This document shows, piece by piece, positions 39,062 to 49,981 of a stretch of 64,000 nucleotides of DNA. Every line of letters begins with the position of its first letter. Positions within the stretch are counted from its first letter, which is position 1. The stretch comes from Spirochaetia bacterium (GTDB lineage: Bacteria; Spirochaetota; Spirochaetia; UBA9216). The DNA lies in the NCBI GenBank assembly GCA_965140585.1, contig OZ223264.1, positions 384,001-448,000 of the forward strand, read 5' to 3'. Position numbers and translations under genes: made by a program. The notes beneath the pieces are model-generated. The model was not told the DNA's origin. It made no database searches and saw only the letters and a program-made list of their open reading frames with translations.

Positions 39062-39805
39062 TTACTTCTGAGTATATTTACAATTGGGATAGTTAGAACA
39101 TCCATAAAATCTACCATATTTCCCATTTCGCTTAATTAAACGGCCACCACATCTGGGGCAGATGAGTAGTTGTTTCTTCTTTTCTCGGATATACAAGGTG
39201 TTATTAACGTTATAGATATGCTCAACATCTGCATGTTTTTCATGGATTCTGGCTTGATTGATTCGATTTACTACTTTCTCAAGATTATCAATACATATAT
39301 CATGTTGTTTACTTATAGATTTTATAACTGTTTCCAGTTGATGTTTGTATATGACAGGTGTTGCTGTAGTAACATTCTTTAATTCACCACTACCTACAAA
39401 GACTACGATAGGAAAAAAGGTAATGCCTTTAAAATCGCTTAGAACCTCTTTTAAGGCGTAGATGTGTGCCCAGTTCTGTTTGACAGGGTTAACTAACTGA
39501 TATTTACTCTTGTAGAAAGTTTGAGTCCAGTGCTCTGAGTTTTCATGACCATGAATCCAACCTCTATAATTTTTGGTTTCAATAACAAAAATGCCATATT
39601 TTGAGACTACTACATGGTCAATTTGGCTACTTCCTCTGCTTGTTTGAATAAGAACATCGTTTAGAATTGTATATTCATTCTGATTGAGTTTATACAGTTG
39701 GCTTGCTACTTGTGATTCCCCAGCCTTGCCTTTATAGTCAGCACTTTTAAATAGAAATGGAATAATCAGAATAATTAATAAAATGATTGCAATTAAGAAG
39801 ATCAC
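39062..39805 (-). CDS. NERD-domain nuclease-like protein with N-terminal TM anchor and topoisomerase-type C4 zinc finger
   Basis: GKAGE, QIDHVVVSKYGIFVIETKNY, NPVKQN; CPRCGG...GRFYGCSNYPNC. Confidence 0.93.
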   Translation of the reverse strand: MIFLIAIILLIILIIPFLFKSADYKGKAGESQVASQLYKLNQNEYTILNDVLIQTSRGSSQIDHVVVSKYGIFVIETKNYRGWIHGHENSEHWTQTFYKSKYQLVNPVKQNWAHIYALKEVLSDFKGITFFPIVVFVGSGELKNVTTATPVIYKHQLETVIKSISKQHDICIDNLEKVVNRINQARIHEKHADVEHIYNVNNTLYIREKKKQLLICPRCGGRLIKRNGKYGRFYGCSNYPNCKYTQK

Positions 39806-40076
39806 CCAAATATTACCTCATTAAGTCTTTGGTAAACATTTTTAAAATTTCTTACCATATCTTAAATGTATCATTCGTAGTGTATGCAAGCAATTTTATC
39901 TGAAAAGAAAATAATAACGAATTATTGTTCTGAGATGAGATCAGATTAGATACCCGATTTCGGTGTGAAGTAGCTTATGAATTGGGACAGGTGACTCAGT
40001 TGAAAATGTTGATGTGAAGTTAATTTATTTGTGGTATTGTTTCATTATAAAAGTTATTTAAAAAGTGGAGATTAAC

Positions 40077-40961
40077 GTGAAAAAGTTGTTGCTTTTTGTT
40101 GTTTTTATATTTATGTCTACGATTTTTATTAACGCTCATCCATATACTAACCAATTAGAACAGGGGCAGCATAGAGGGAGCTTTTGGTTTCAGGCCATAC
40201 AGGGATATGAAGGTTATGTAGATCCGATTTTGTCATATTCTGAATCAGAATATATACTCGAGGGATATTCTTTACAGTCATTCTCCGCTTCATTCAATAC
40301 AGGATTCGCGGGTTCTTATATTTTCTACGAATATGGAATATATAATTTTCTTTCAGCAGGAATTAAGCTATCATTAGTAGATTTTATTGTACATGGATTA
40401 ACTGAGGATGTATGGTCGTTTGATGGCTCTGCGTTTATAAACATAAGTATTTTCCCGGATATTTACATACTCTTTTTTGATGAACCAAATTTTGACTTTT
40501 TTAATGTTTCGATGCAGGTAGAAGCTAATCGTGCACCTCTTTTTACCGATCAGAATTATAACTTTTATGGATATGGACTTTATAATATTTATTCTACTTT
40601 ATCGCTGGGGATAGATTTAATTAATACCTCAGATTTTTATATCTCAACCTGTTTTGATTTTAAACATATTTTATGTATTGCTGATGAGAATTATGGCGGG
40701 TATCTGTCCTTTGAAAGTGTGTTTGGAGAATATGATTCAGATTTGATTTATGAATATACAAATGGCAATAGATTTGCTTTTTGTCCCGGTATAGAGCTTG
40801 GTTGGAAGCATTTTTCAATGTTTGCTGGGTTTAATTTTAAATTATATGATGATTCTAAATATTCTGTACGTAATTATTTAAGTCAGGCGAATATTTCTGA
40901 ATATTTTACTTCTTCAAATGATATCACACAATTTGAATTGGAATATGTTTGGACGTTCTGA
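40077..40961 (+). CDS. Exported hypothetical protein, probable beta-barrel, very AT-rich
   Basis: Signal peptide; aromatic-rich strands; ends ELEYVWTF; GTG 40077 follows GGAG. Confidence 0.7.
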   Translation: MKKLLLFVVFIFMSTIFINAHPYTNQLEQGQHRGSFWFQAIQGYEGYVDPILSYSESEYILEGYSLQSFSASFNTGFAGSYIFYEYGIYNFLSAGIKLSLVDFIVHGLTEDVWSFDGSAFINISIFPDIYILFFDEPNFDFFNVSMQVEANRAPLFTDQNYNFYGYGLYNIYSTLSLGIDLINTSDFYISTCFDFKHILCIADENYGGYLSFESVFGEYDSDLIYEYTNGNRFAFCPGIELGWKHFSMFAGFNFKLYDDSKYSVRNYLSQANISEYFTSSNDITQFELEYVWTF

Positions 40962-41053
40962 TTTGTTCTGAGCTAAATGATTAAGGAATCATCCATACCA
41001 ATTCAATATAATTAGTAATGAATTCTGTTATCTTCTAATATCGTGATATAATC

Positions 41054-42109
41054 ATGGGTAAAAAAGTAAGGATGTCTATTATGAAAAAGTTATCGGCTAT
41101 AGTAATTTTAATTTTTCTGAATGTATTTCCGCTTTTGGCTACATGGTCAATAGTTGCAGTAGATCCGCAAACCGGGGAGGTCGGATCTGCAGGTGCTTCA
41201 TATACACCCTCAGTATGGCCTATTCTTGGAATTTATGGAGGGCATGGAGTTGTTGTAGCTCAGGCTGCAGGCAATGATGCTGCACGGATTAAGGCGGTTA
41301 AAATGCTTGGGAAGGATTATTCTGCAGCACAGATTCTGGATGTAATAACTGCTCCAGATTATAACAGCGGCAGGGTTAATCAGCAGTTCGGTATAGCCTC
41401 TTTGAGTGGAGGTACTGCAGCTTTCACTGGTGATAATTGTACTTCCTGGGCTGGAAGCCTTGGAAGTGATTTTGTAATGGTTCAGGGCAATATTCTTGTT
41501 AGTGAGAATGTGGTTGCGGACAGTCTTGCCGCCTATGAAAAAGCCCGAGCCGACGGTTTTATTCTGGCTGATGCTCTTGTTGAAGCTCTGGCAGCCGGGG
41601 CGTCTGCCGGAGGGGATCGTAGGGCGGGTGATCCGGAAATAGCCGCGATGTCTGCCTATCTGGCCGTAGCCTTGCCCGGAGATAAACCTAATCATGCTTC
41701 TTCAGGGATACTTGTACCGCCTCTTAAAGACGGAGGAAACCCGGTAACAGAGCTTAAACGCCTGTACGAAGCAGATGAAATTGGAAGAAATCTGTTTTTC
41801 CCCTCCATGAATCTGATGATTTTACTGCTTCTCGCCGTTCCTGCAGTTTTTGGATTATCAGGTTTTCTTCTGCTTGAAAGGATGCACAAAAAGAATACAG
41901 TATCAAAGCTCCTTGTGTGGCTGGGCGCCATATTCATTTCTGCTGTTATCCAGCAGATTCTTATTCTTCTGTTTAAATCACTCGGCTGGGCTCTTCCTGT
42001 ATACGGATTTTTTACCTGGATGCTTCCGGCAATGCTTGTAGTGTTTCTTGCTGTGCTGATTCTGCTGATAATATTAATACATGCTGTTTACCGAAAAATA
42101 ATGGGATAA
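41054..42109 (+). CDS. DUF1028 (Ntn-hydrolase-like) protein with three C-terminal TM helices
   Basis: Signal peptide then TWSIVAVDPQTGEVGSAGAS, VQGNIL, GGDRR. Confidence 0.87.
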   Translation: MGKKVRMSIMKKLSAIVILIFLNVFPLLATWSIVAVDPQTGEVGSAGASYTPSVWPILGIYGGHGVVVAQAAGNDAARIKAVKMLGKDYSAAQILDVITAPDYNSGRVNQQFGIASLSGGTAAFTGDNCTSWAGSLGSDFVMVQGNILVSENVVADSLAAYEKARADGFILADALVEALAAGASAGGDRRAGDPEIAAMSAYLAVALPGDKPNHASSGILVPPLKDGGNPVTELKRLYEADEIGRNLFFPSMNLMILLLLAVPAVFGLSGFLLLERMHKKNTVSKLLVWLGAIFISAVIQQILILLFKSLGWALPVYGFFTWMLPAMLVVFLAVLILLIILIHAVYRKIMG

Positions 42110-42214
42110 TTAATTTCGATTTTGTCTGCATGAGTTTTCTCAAGTGCTACTAATTTTCATGTTCACAGTGGTTAGGCATGAAATGAAATTGAGACAAGAC
42201 TCTTCTAAGTCCAA

Positions 42215-43040
42215 TCAGGATTTTTGCGGTACCGACCGGCGTTCATGCCCTTCAGGGCGGGGCAGCTTTGGTTAATGTGCACGGCATGTTTGACCGGGAT
42301 AAATACGACGGGCAGCATATTGCCTGAGACGGGAATGTACTTCACAACCAGCATAATCTTTCACAAATGGCTGATGCAATTCATTTCTATGGCGAAAAGG
42401 TTTCCATGGAAATTCTCGGTGAAAACAGGGAAGGCTACTATGATGTTTTTGAGAGCCTCGCAGGTTTTGCATCTTCGACTCCTTCGAAAGAGATGACTCC
42501 TGAGATTATGAATGAAATTGCGGAAAGTTATGCCGATACCGCGGCTACTGCCCAGCGCTGCGGTTTTGATATATTTATGATTCATATGGCCTATTCTTCA
42601 CCGGGGCCGACACGATTTATTTCTCCACACTTTAATAAAAGAACAGACGAATAAGGTGGACCAATTGAGAACCGCCTTAAATTTCCTATAATGGTTTTCG
42701 ACTGTATCAAGGTTGAGGATACTATTGTGATGTCTAAAATCCTTGAAAGGCATATTGATATGCTGCATTTTCACGGCGGCGAGGTGTGGTCTGCCCCTCC
42801 GACATGTTTTGCCGGCTTCGCTTCCTTTGTTCTTGTTGCCGAGCAGATCAAGAAAGCAGGTTCGCCCATTCCGATTGTAGCAATAGGCTGAATTCAGGAC
42901 CTTGATGAAATAGAAGAAATTCTTTCTACCGGTAAGGTTGATATTGTCTCGATGGGTCGGGGATGAACTTCTACCAGACCGCGATAAAGGTTTTAATGAT
43001 CGGCGACTGTCAAAAGATTGGCAACGTATCCTCTGCAATC
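42215..43040 (+). pseudogene. Decayed NADH:flavin oxidoreductase (OYE family)
   Basis: Motifs interrupted by stops: MADAIHFYG...GFDIFMIHMAY...FISPHFNKRTDE*GGPIENRLKF...IVAIG*IQDLDEIEEILSTGKVDIVSMGRG*; boundaries approximate. Confidence 0.88.
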
Positions 43041-43230
43041 CGTTCAGCCGACGCGACAGCTTCGCAGATTTAGATTGGGCTTGATGGGTTTTTCAGCAAG
43101 CCCTACTTAAATAGTCAGTTAAATATTAAACAGCAGATTGGGAGAAGGTGGTACGTTTTGAGGCCTTGGTTTTTATACGGTATATGAATTCAGTGTATTA
43201 AATTAAACTTTACAGCATAGTGTAAGAAAT

Positions 43231-43265
43231 AAAAAGGGCTGCAGTTTAATTGCTGCAAGCCCTTT
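43231..43265. terminator. Terminator ending the minus-strand operon
   Basis: AAAGGGCTGCAG / CTGCA-AGCCCTTT with flanking A/T tracts. Confidence 0.7.
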
Positions 43266-43277
43266 CAGAGTTAATGA

Positions 43278-44048
43278 TTAGTGCAGATGACACTCGCAGT
43301 CCATTTCTGCTGCCATGGTCTGCCAGTTCTGCATTCTATTTTTTAATTCCATACGGCTTTCGCTGTCTTCTCTGAAAGCAATGGTTGTCCAGTTCATTTC
43401 TCCCAATGCGGTTGCAATTTCGTCGATTTTATTAAACGGAATTGAAATCATTCGTAATCCTTCAGGAAAGGCTTTTCTTCGCCTTAATCCATGATAAAAA
43501 CCGGTTGTCATATGATTGACTTTTCCTGATATCAGAGGATAGGCATACATCCAGCTGCAGCTGATTGCCGGAGTTGAGACTGATTCCCAGAGATCCCCTG
43601 AGATATAGCATGAAGCACGCATAATAATATCCGCTTTTTTGATATCTGCGAAAATGATTATCAAATCGGGATCAAAGCTGCAGTTTTTTACCTGAGAAAA
43701 AGCTACATAGTTTATTGCTCCGGGAACAAGAACCGGCAGATGCTGATACACCTTCATCATGGCAGAAGCGGTTTTGTAAAGTTCAAAATCAAGTCCTGCC
43801 TGACCGGAAGCAGTAACCGGCGGTTTAGGTATCATGCCGAGAGACATTTTTCCGTAGCATGCATCATTATCTTTATCAATATAAAAAGTCTCTTCAGAGG
43901 TTTGAGCTTCTTTTACATATTGGCAGAAAGCTAGATTTTCATTGTGCTTTTTTATTCCCTCTGGCTTTGTAGGCAGGTATTTAACAGCTACCGCAGGTAT
44001 GTTCAGCTCAAGCCGGGCAAAGATTTCTTTTGTGCGTTCGTTTAACAT
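43278..44048 (-). CDS. DUF169-family protein
   Basis: AVAVKY, LAFCQYV, NDACYG, FDPDLIII, CSW pattern. Confidence 0.8.
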   Translation of the reverse strand: MLNERTKEIFARLELNIPAVAVKYLPTKPEGIKKHNENLAFCQYVKEAQTSEETFYIDKDNDACYGKMSLGMIPKPPVTASGQAGLDFELYKTASAMMKVYQHLPVLVPGAINYVAFSQVKNCSFDPDLIIIFADIKKADIIMRASCYISGDLWESVSTPAISCSWMYAYPLISGKVNHMTTGFYHGLRRRKAFPEGLRMISIPFNKIDEIATALGEMNWTTIAFREDSESRMELKNRMQNWQTMAAEMDCECHLH

Positions 44049-44052
44049 TATA

Positions 44053-45249
44053 TTATCCTGCCGATTTTATTTTAAGTAATGTTTTTCTAAGCCGTTCAAT
44101 TGCTGCATATATATATTTTGTCGGGCATGCCAGGTTCCATCTTTCGAATCTCTCACCCTGTTCACCAAATATAAAGCCGTCATCAAAAAAGAGATTTGCC
44201 TCCTCTTTCAACAGTCGGGCCAGTTTCCGTGATTCGATGCCGAGTGCCCTGAAGTCCATCCACAGAAGATAAGTTCCCTCGAGTTTGTATACTTTAATTT
44301 CGGGAAATTCCTGAGAAAAAAAGCTGCTTATTATTTCTCGATTAGTATCAATCAGCGTTAAAACCTGTTCAAGCCAATCTTCACAATTCTCATAGGCTAA
44401 ACGGCATGCTTCCATTCCCAGTGTAGTGCATTTGGGATTTCCTTCTGTTGTCATTACTTCCTGCCAGTAAGTATCACGAATCTTTTCATTCGGAATAATC
44501 AGATTGGCTGTCTGCAGTCCGGCAAGATTGAAGGTTTTACTAGGGGCCGTGCAGGTGATGGAATTCATTGCAAATTCCTCACAAATGGAAGCAAATACTG
44601 TGTGCCGGAAACCGGGCATGATTATATCGTTATGAACTTCATCGGCAACAACAATAACGTCGTTTTCCAGACAGATACGGCCAATTTTGGTTAATTCATC
44701 TATAGTCCAAACTCTACCTGTAGGATTATGCGGACTGCATAATATCAGTATTTTAGTATCAGGATCAGACGCCTTTTTTTCAAAATCGATGAAATCGATT
44801 TCATAGGTGTTCTCTTTTTGTATGAGTTTGGTATCCACAAGTCTGCGATTGTTCCGCTTAATTGCATAATACATCGGGTAGTATACTGGGGTCATAAGCA
44901 TTACCCCTTCACTTTCTTTTGAAAAGGCTTTAACAGCAGTGAAAAAGGCATTAATTACGCCGTGTGAATCTTTCAGCCATGCTGTATCTATTTCCCAGCC
45001 ATGTCTTCTATGCATCCAGTCTTTTACTGCATTCTTATACTCCCCGGTAGCATGTCCATAACCAAGTACAGTTGAATCGAGGTACTTTTTTAATCCAGAT
45101 ATAATTTCCGGTGGATTCAGAATTTCCATATCTGCAAGTGAAAAGGGGATGATATCATTCTGAAGAGTTTTAACGGTTTTCATTTCATCCCATTTTGAGC
45201 TTCCGGTATTAAATCGTTCAATTACAGTTTCAAAATCATATTGCTTCAT
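44053..45249 (-). CDS. MalY/PatB-family PLP-dependent C-S lyase
   Basis: SSKWD, LADME, LCSPHNPTGRVW, DEVH, APSKTFNLAGL, EGTYLLW; TAATG coupling to ridA. Confidence 0.95.
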   Translation of the reverse strand: MKQYDFETVIERFNTGSSKWDEMKTVKTLQNDIIPFSLADMEILNPPEIISGLKKYLDSTVLGYGHATGEYKNAVKDWMHRRHGWEIDTAWLKDSHGVINAFFTAVKAFSKESEGVMLMTPVYYPMYYAIKRNNRRLVDTKLIQKENTYEIDFIDFEKKASDPDTKILILCSPHNPTGRVWTIDELTKIGRICLENDVIVVADEVHNDIIMPGFRHTVFASICEEFAMNSITCTAPSKTFNLAGLQTANLIIPNEKIRDTYWQEVMTTEGNPKCTTLGMEACRLAYENCEDWLEQVLTLIDTNREIISSFFSQEFPEIKVYKLEGTYLLWMDFRALGIESRKLARLLKEEANLFFDDGFIFGEQGERFERWNLACPTKYIYAAIERLRKTLLKIKSAG

Positions 45250-45629
45250 TAATTTTTCCATGCTATAGCTTCTATTTCTACAAGTACATCCTTCGGCAGA
45301 CGGGATACTTCCACTGCTGAGCGCGCCGGAAATATTGTGTTTTTAAAAAAATCCATATAAACGCTGTTCATTTCTGCAAAGTTCTTCATGTCACTTAAAA
45401 AGACAGTGGTTTTACAGATGTCGCTAATTTCGGCGCCTGCACTCTCAACGACGTTTTTTAAATTATTTAATGACAGCTTTGTCTGCCCGATAATACCTTC
45501 CGGTATTTCACTGCTTTCAGGATTTACAGGCAATGAGCCGGACACGAATATCAAATTCCCTATTCCGACAGCCTGTGAATAAGGACCAATTGCTGCTGGT
45601 GCCTTTTCTGTCTCAATTTTATACTTCAT
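45249..45629 (-). CDS. ridA: RidA enamine/imine deaminase
   Basis: APAAIGPYSQAV, FAEMNSVY, PARSAVEV..LP..VEIEAIA. Confidence 0.95.
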   Translation of the reverse strand: MKYKIETEKAPAAIGPYSQAVGIGNLIFVSGSLPVNPESSEIPEGIIGQTKLSLNNLKNVVESAGAEISDICKTTVFLSDMKNFAEMNSVYMDFFKNTIFPARSAVEVSRLPKDVLVEIEAIAWKN

Positions 45630-45694
45630 TTTCTGGCATCTCCATATTAAGATCAGGCGGATATTTAATTGAATCCGCCCTTTGTAGTTGATAT

Positions 45695-47107
45695 TTATTC
45701 TGCGACGATAATACCGTCGGCAGCTAGTTCTTCATCAGTTTCGTGTTTTCTTCCCCATCCTGACAGGATTGCAAACCAGTACACTACGACAAGAGCCATA
45801 CTGTAAAAATTAAAGTATACAAAGTCAAAAGGGCTGAATCCTTCCGCTACAGATCCGCTGGCGACAGCCAGAGATGCAAGAACCATACATCCCACATTTG
45901 TAGGAACCAGGTATCCGACACCGCATCCGAGACCGTCCAGGAAATTAGCTGCTCTTGCTCTGTCTATTCTGAATGGACGCATGAGGCTTCGGATGATTGG
46001 GCCGCAGAATGTTATTGCAGAGGTTCCACTGCTTATGGCTATACTCATTACGCTTACCATAGCTCCTGATGCAATTTCTGCGGTTTTCTCTGACTTCGCA
46101 TATTTGCGCATACCATTTAGAAGTGCATCTAATACTCCCGCATCTCTTATCAGACTGACTACAATAAAGATGAACAGAATAAATATGATGGAACCGGTCA
46201 TTCCGCTGAACCCTGAGGCTATCAGACCGTCTCTTGCAACAAGTTCTGAAAAGCTTGTGTATCCGAACGCAAAGAGCATAGCTACTCCGAGCAGTTCAGC
46301 TATTATCAATGCTGTAAAAAAGTTTGCTTTATTCAGCATCAACACAATAATCAGTACAGGAATAACTAAAAAGACAAGACTTGATGCATATGTAGAATCA
46401 GCAGTTATACTCTGTACAACTGAAGAATCGACGGTTTGCATTCCGACAAACAGGAAAATCAGGGCTGCAGCGGCTCCGCCGATGAGTGAATATTTTAATC
46501 TTGATTTTACAACTTTTATAACACTTACTTCCTGTGTCAGAGAGGAAGCTATTGTTGTATCCGAAACAGGGGCAAGGTTGTCTCCAAAAGCCGCTCCGGA
46601 CAGGATTGCTCCGCAGACTACGCCTGGGTGTCCTCCCATTGCGGTAGCCATGGGAACCATTATCGGTGTCAGAGTGCCTACTGAACTCGCCGCGCTTCCT
46701 GTTGAGGTTGACAGGAGTGCACTGATGAAAAAGCAAATCAAAGGTACGAGACCTGGTGAGAGATTGATCTTGGATGCGGCCCATAGCATTCCCTGTACTA
46801 CATGGGAAGCAGAGAGAATCTTTGAAAGCACACCTGCTAACAGGAATATTAAAAGCATTATCCCGAAAATCTTGTCCCTTACACCGGAGATGATGGCTTC
46901 CTGAAATTTCTTTTTATCTTTATATACAAAAAAGCCTACAATCATTGCAAGGAAACCCGCACTCCAGAAATTGCTTGTTGAGCGCATGCCGTTTACTGCA
47001 AGTATTATCATGGTCAGGATCATTACCAGAAGAGGCATTATTCCTCCAAACAGGCCTCCGTATGTTTCGGCAACCTTATGCTGAGGTTTTGTTTTCACAG
47101 CGGACAT
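45695..47107 (-). CDS. NhaC-family transporter (probable amino-acid uptake)
   Basis: STSTGSA, GAILSGAAFGDNLAPVSDTTI; about 12 TM segments. Confidence 0.88.
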   Translation of the reverse strand: MSAVKTKPQHKVAETYGGLFGGIMPLLVMILTMIILAVNGMRSTSNFWSAGFLAMIVGFFVYKDKKKFQEAIISGVRDKIFGIMLLIFLLAGVLSKILSASHVVQGMLWAASKINLSPGLVPLICFFISALLSTSTGSAASSVGTLTPIMVPMATAMGGHPGVVCGAILSGAAFGDNLAPVSDTTIASSLTQEVSVIKVVKSRLKYSLIGGAAAALIFLFVGMQTVDSSVVQSITADSTYASSLVFLVIPVLIIVLMLNKANFFTALIIAELLGVAMLFAFGYTSFSELVARDGLIASGFSGMTGSIIFILFIFIVVSLIRDAGVLDALLNGMRKYAKSEKTAEIASGAMVSVMSIAISSGTSAITFCGPIIRSLMRPFRIDRARAANFLDGLGCGVGYLVPTNVGCMVLASLAVASGSVAEGFSPFDFVYFNFYSMALVVVYWFAILSGWGRKHETDEELAADGIIVAE

Positions 47108-47186
47108 AATTTATATTTCTCCTTAGTTTATTTTAATCTAAAACACTGAAACTGCAGCTGTTAAATCGAGTACTCGGATTTATAAA

Positions 47187-47202
47187 TGCAAATTTCATGC
47201 CA
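47187..47202 (-). promoter_or_regulatory. sigma54 (-24/-12) promoter
   Basis: TGGCATGAAATTTGCA on the minus strand, 80 nt upstream of the nhaC-like start, next to a divergent activator gene. Confidence 0.9.
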
Positions 47203-47314
47203 TACTTAAAAACTAAGAAAATCTGTCTTGTATTCTGTATTTTTCAGTATTTATGGGATTATTGGGATTATATGGATCCTGTAAATCCATTAAGATAATA
47301 GTTCGGAGAAGGTT

Positions 47315-49363
47315 ATGAAAGAGATTGCAATTCTAACATATTCGATTGATGCCGCTGATTTATATTTTAATATATTGACCGATGTCCTGCAGAATGTTGT
47401 AAAAATTAGAAAATACAGTGTTGAGGAAGATAATATAAACAATCCAATTAATGCTGATCTTGCCATATTATCTGCCTTTGAATTATTTGACTTAACTAAA
47501 AAATATATATCTAAAGATGTTCAGATCATGATTCCAAACCTTACAATAAAGAAAGCGAGTTTTACACAAATTCAGAAACTTCCTCAAGGGACACAGGCCT
47601 TGATTGTGAATGCAACTTTCGGGATGGCTGTTGAGTGTGTGGAACAGATCTACCGATTTGGAGCCCGGCATATAGAATTGGTGCCATATTCCCCATACCT
47701 TGATAATGTGAAAGACATTGATCTTGCGATCACCCCTGGCGAGAATCAGTACATTCCCAAATGGGTTGATAAGGTTATTGATATCGGAAAAAGAGTTTTT
47801 GATATCAGCACTATTGTAAATATATTGATTTACTTAAATAAAGAAGAACTTTTTATCACTGAAAAAATGAAAGAATATTGCAGCCAGATAATGCCTCAGA
47901 ACTATATGCCCCAGACTGATCACAGGCTTAACCCTTTCAGTATGAATGATTTTTTTATATCTAATTACAGATTCGGCATTATCGGGTTTAGTCCGGGCGG
48001 TATGATTCTTAACTTCAACAATGCTGCAGAGAAGATTCTCGGATATCGAAAAGAAGCTGTGATCGGAGAGAATATAATGACTTTATTTTCAGATCCCCAG
48101 CTGAAAGAAACCATAAGAGACCTTAAGCCGCAGAGAAAAAAGCAGATAAACCTCAATGGTCAGGATCTTCTTGTTGATATAAATATCGGGTATGTCAGTT
48201 CCACTAAAATATGTTATATGACTCTGGAACGCATGCATCAGAATGCTGTGGGTATTCCTTCCGCAAAAAATCAGATAGCAGGGAAGGGATATACTGCAAA
48301 GTATTTTTTCAGTGATATTGTTACGGGAAATGAAGAGATGCAGAAGCTGAAAAAAATCGGAGCTCAGAATGCAGCCTCGGATTCTTCTGTACTGCTGATA
48401 GGAGAAAGCGGAACAGGCAAGGAGCTCTTTGCACAGGCCATTCATAATGAATCTGCAAGAAGAAATGCACCCTTTGTTGCTATAAACTGTGCGGCTGTTG
48501 CTGAAAGCCTGCTTGAAAGTGAACTGTTCGGGTATGATGAAGGGGCATTTACTGGTGCAAAACGCGGAGGAAAAAAGGGTTTATTTGAACTTGCACATAC
48601 AGGAACTATCTTTTTAGATGAGATTGGAGAAATGCCTGCACATCTTCAAGCCAGACTGTTAAGGGTCCTGCAGGAGAAAGAGGTTACTCATGTAGGAGGT
48701 AATCAGGTAATCAGTATTGATATACGAGTAATTGCTGCTACAAACTGCAATGTTCTGGAACTGATAAAAGAAAATAAGTTTAGAAAAGATCTGTATTACC
48801 GGCTCAATGTCATTACCTTAAAACTGCCGGCTCTCAGAGCCAGGAGAAATGATATCTCTCTTCTAATTGAAGAGTTTAAAAAACAATTTAAAGTGGATTT
48901 TAAAATTGATCTCGATGCTTTTGAAAAGTTATACAACCATGAATGGGATGGAAATATAAGAGAACTTCACAACTATATAGAATATTTTAAAAATCTGAGA
49001 AAACCCCGTATTACGATTAATGATATTCCTTTTCTACAGATCAATAATCCGGATTCTTCCTTCAGTTATGATGAAAATGTTGAGAGTATAAAAAATGCTA
49101 AGAAAACAGATGAAAAAGCTCATACCGAGGTTTTATCCATACTTGAAATCCTTTATAAGTCAGCTGAAGAAAATAGGACCGCAGGCCGGCGTTATATAGC
49201 GGAAATGTCCAGGAAAAGAAACGAATTTTTATCTGAAATCAGGATACGATCTCTGCTTGAAAAGATGCAGGAGCAGGGGCTTGTGAAAATACTTAAAGGA
49301 CGGGGTGGAACTAAGCTCACATCACAGGGTCTTGAGTTTTTAAAGAAATATACAAACGTTTAA
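47315..49363 (+). CDS. sigma54-dependent activator (PAS, AAA+, winged HTH)
   Basis: [47 protein letters not shown]. Confidence 0.96.
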   Translation: MKEIAILTYSIDAADLYFNILTDVLQNVVKIRKYSVEEDNINNPINADLAILSAFELFDLTKKYISKDVQIMIPNLTIKKASFTQIQKLPQGTQALIVNATFGMAVECVEQIYRFGARHIELVPYSPYLDNVKDIDLAITPGENQYIPKWVDKVIDIGKRVFDISTIVNILIYLNKEELFITEKMKEYCSQIMPQNYMPQTDHRLNPFSMNDFFISNYRFGIIGFSPGGMILNFNNAAEKILGYRKEAVIGENIMTLFSDPQLKETIRDLKPQRKKQINLNGQDLLVDINIGYVSSTKICYMTLERMHQNAVGIPSAKNQIAGKGYTAKYFFSDIVTGNEEMQKLKKIGAQNAASDSSVLLIGESGTGKELFAQAIHNESARRNAPFVAINCAAVAESLLESELFGYDEGAFTGAKRGGKKGLFELAHTGTIFLDEIGEMPAHLQARLLRVLQEKEVTHVGGNQVISIDIRVIAATNCNVLELIKENKFRKDLYYRLNVITLKLPALRARRNDISLLIEEFKKQFKVDFKIDLDAFEKLYNHEWDGNIRELHNYIEYFKNLRKPRITINDIPFLQINNPDSSFSYDENVESIKNAKKTDEKAHTEVLSILEILYKSAEENRTAGRRYIAEMSRKRNEFLSEIRIRSLLEKMQEQGLVKILKGRGGTKLTSQGLEFLKKYTNV

Positions 49364-49388
49364 ACAAATTCCGATCTGATACAAAATC

Positions 49389-49912
49389 CTAATCAGTAAA
49401 ACAGACAAAGAATTCTGCACCATCCTGTGTTTGTAAGGTTAGTGCAGACCATTTAATAGAAGTCCCGTCTTCTTCGGTAACAGGATCCATAGGAGCTATG
49501 TTAATTAGTGCTCCATACTGAGGGATTTGATTCTCAGAATCCCATCCGACAACAATATGGTAATCAGTTGCAGTTTTAATATGCCCTTTTCTTAATCATA
49601 CGGATCAGCCGATAAAATAACCTGAAGGCCTCCCTGTTCAGCAGGTAAGTAGTACCATCCTTCTTCTTCCGCATTATACTGAACAAAACGAAGGGCCAAT
49701 GCCTGTTTGTAACCGGCTTCGGAGGCTGTCGGGGCTCCTTCTCCCAATGAGGTCTCCAGAATATTGCTGCTGACATTTTCATCATAATTAAGTTCAATCA
49801 CTATATCTCCCCAGCTTCCGTACTGGTGTTGCTGGCGGGCGCTGATGGTTTCTGCGCAGGCTGATGAAGCTATAAGGATAAGAAGAAGTATGGCTATTAT
49901 TCGAATTTTCAT
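49389..49912 (-). pseudogene. Frameshifted exported hypothetical protein
   Basis: 106-aa ORF stops at ...PYD*; the -1 frame continues LRKGHIKTATDYHIVVGWDSE...FFVCFTD* to 49389; adding one T (GAT TTA AGA) joins them. Confidence 0.65.
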
Positions 49913-49981
49913 TGTAATTCCTTAATTTATTGTTTACAGAGCATTATTATATTTTTTTATTAATGCTGTTAAGCTGTTCAT

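Noticed and set aside
42598-43038. 146-aa minus-strand ORF and small ORFs near 42224-42891 as real genes
   Set aside because: Explained as fragments or shadows of the OYE pseudogene
45981-46904. 307-aa plus-strand ORF
   Set aside because: Antisense shadow of the NhaC-family gene with no motifs
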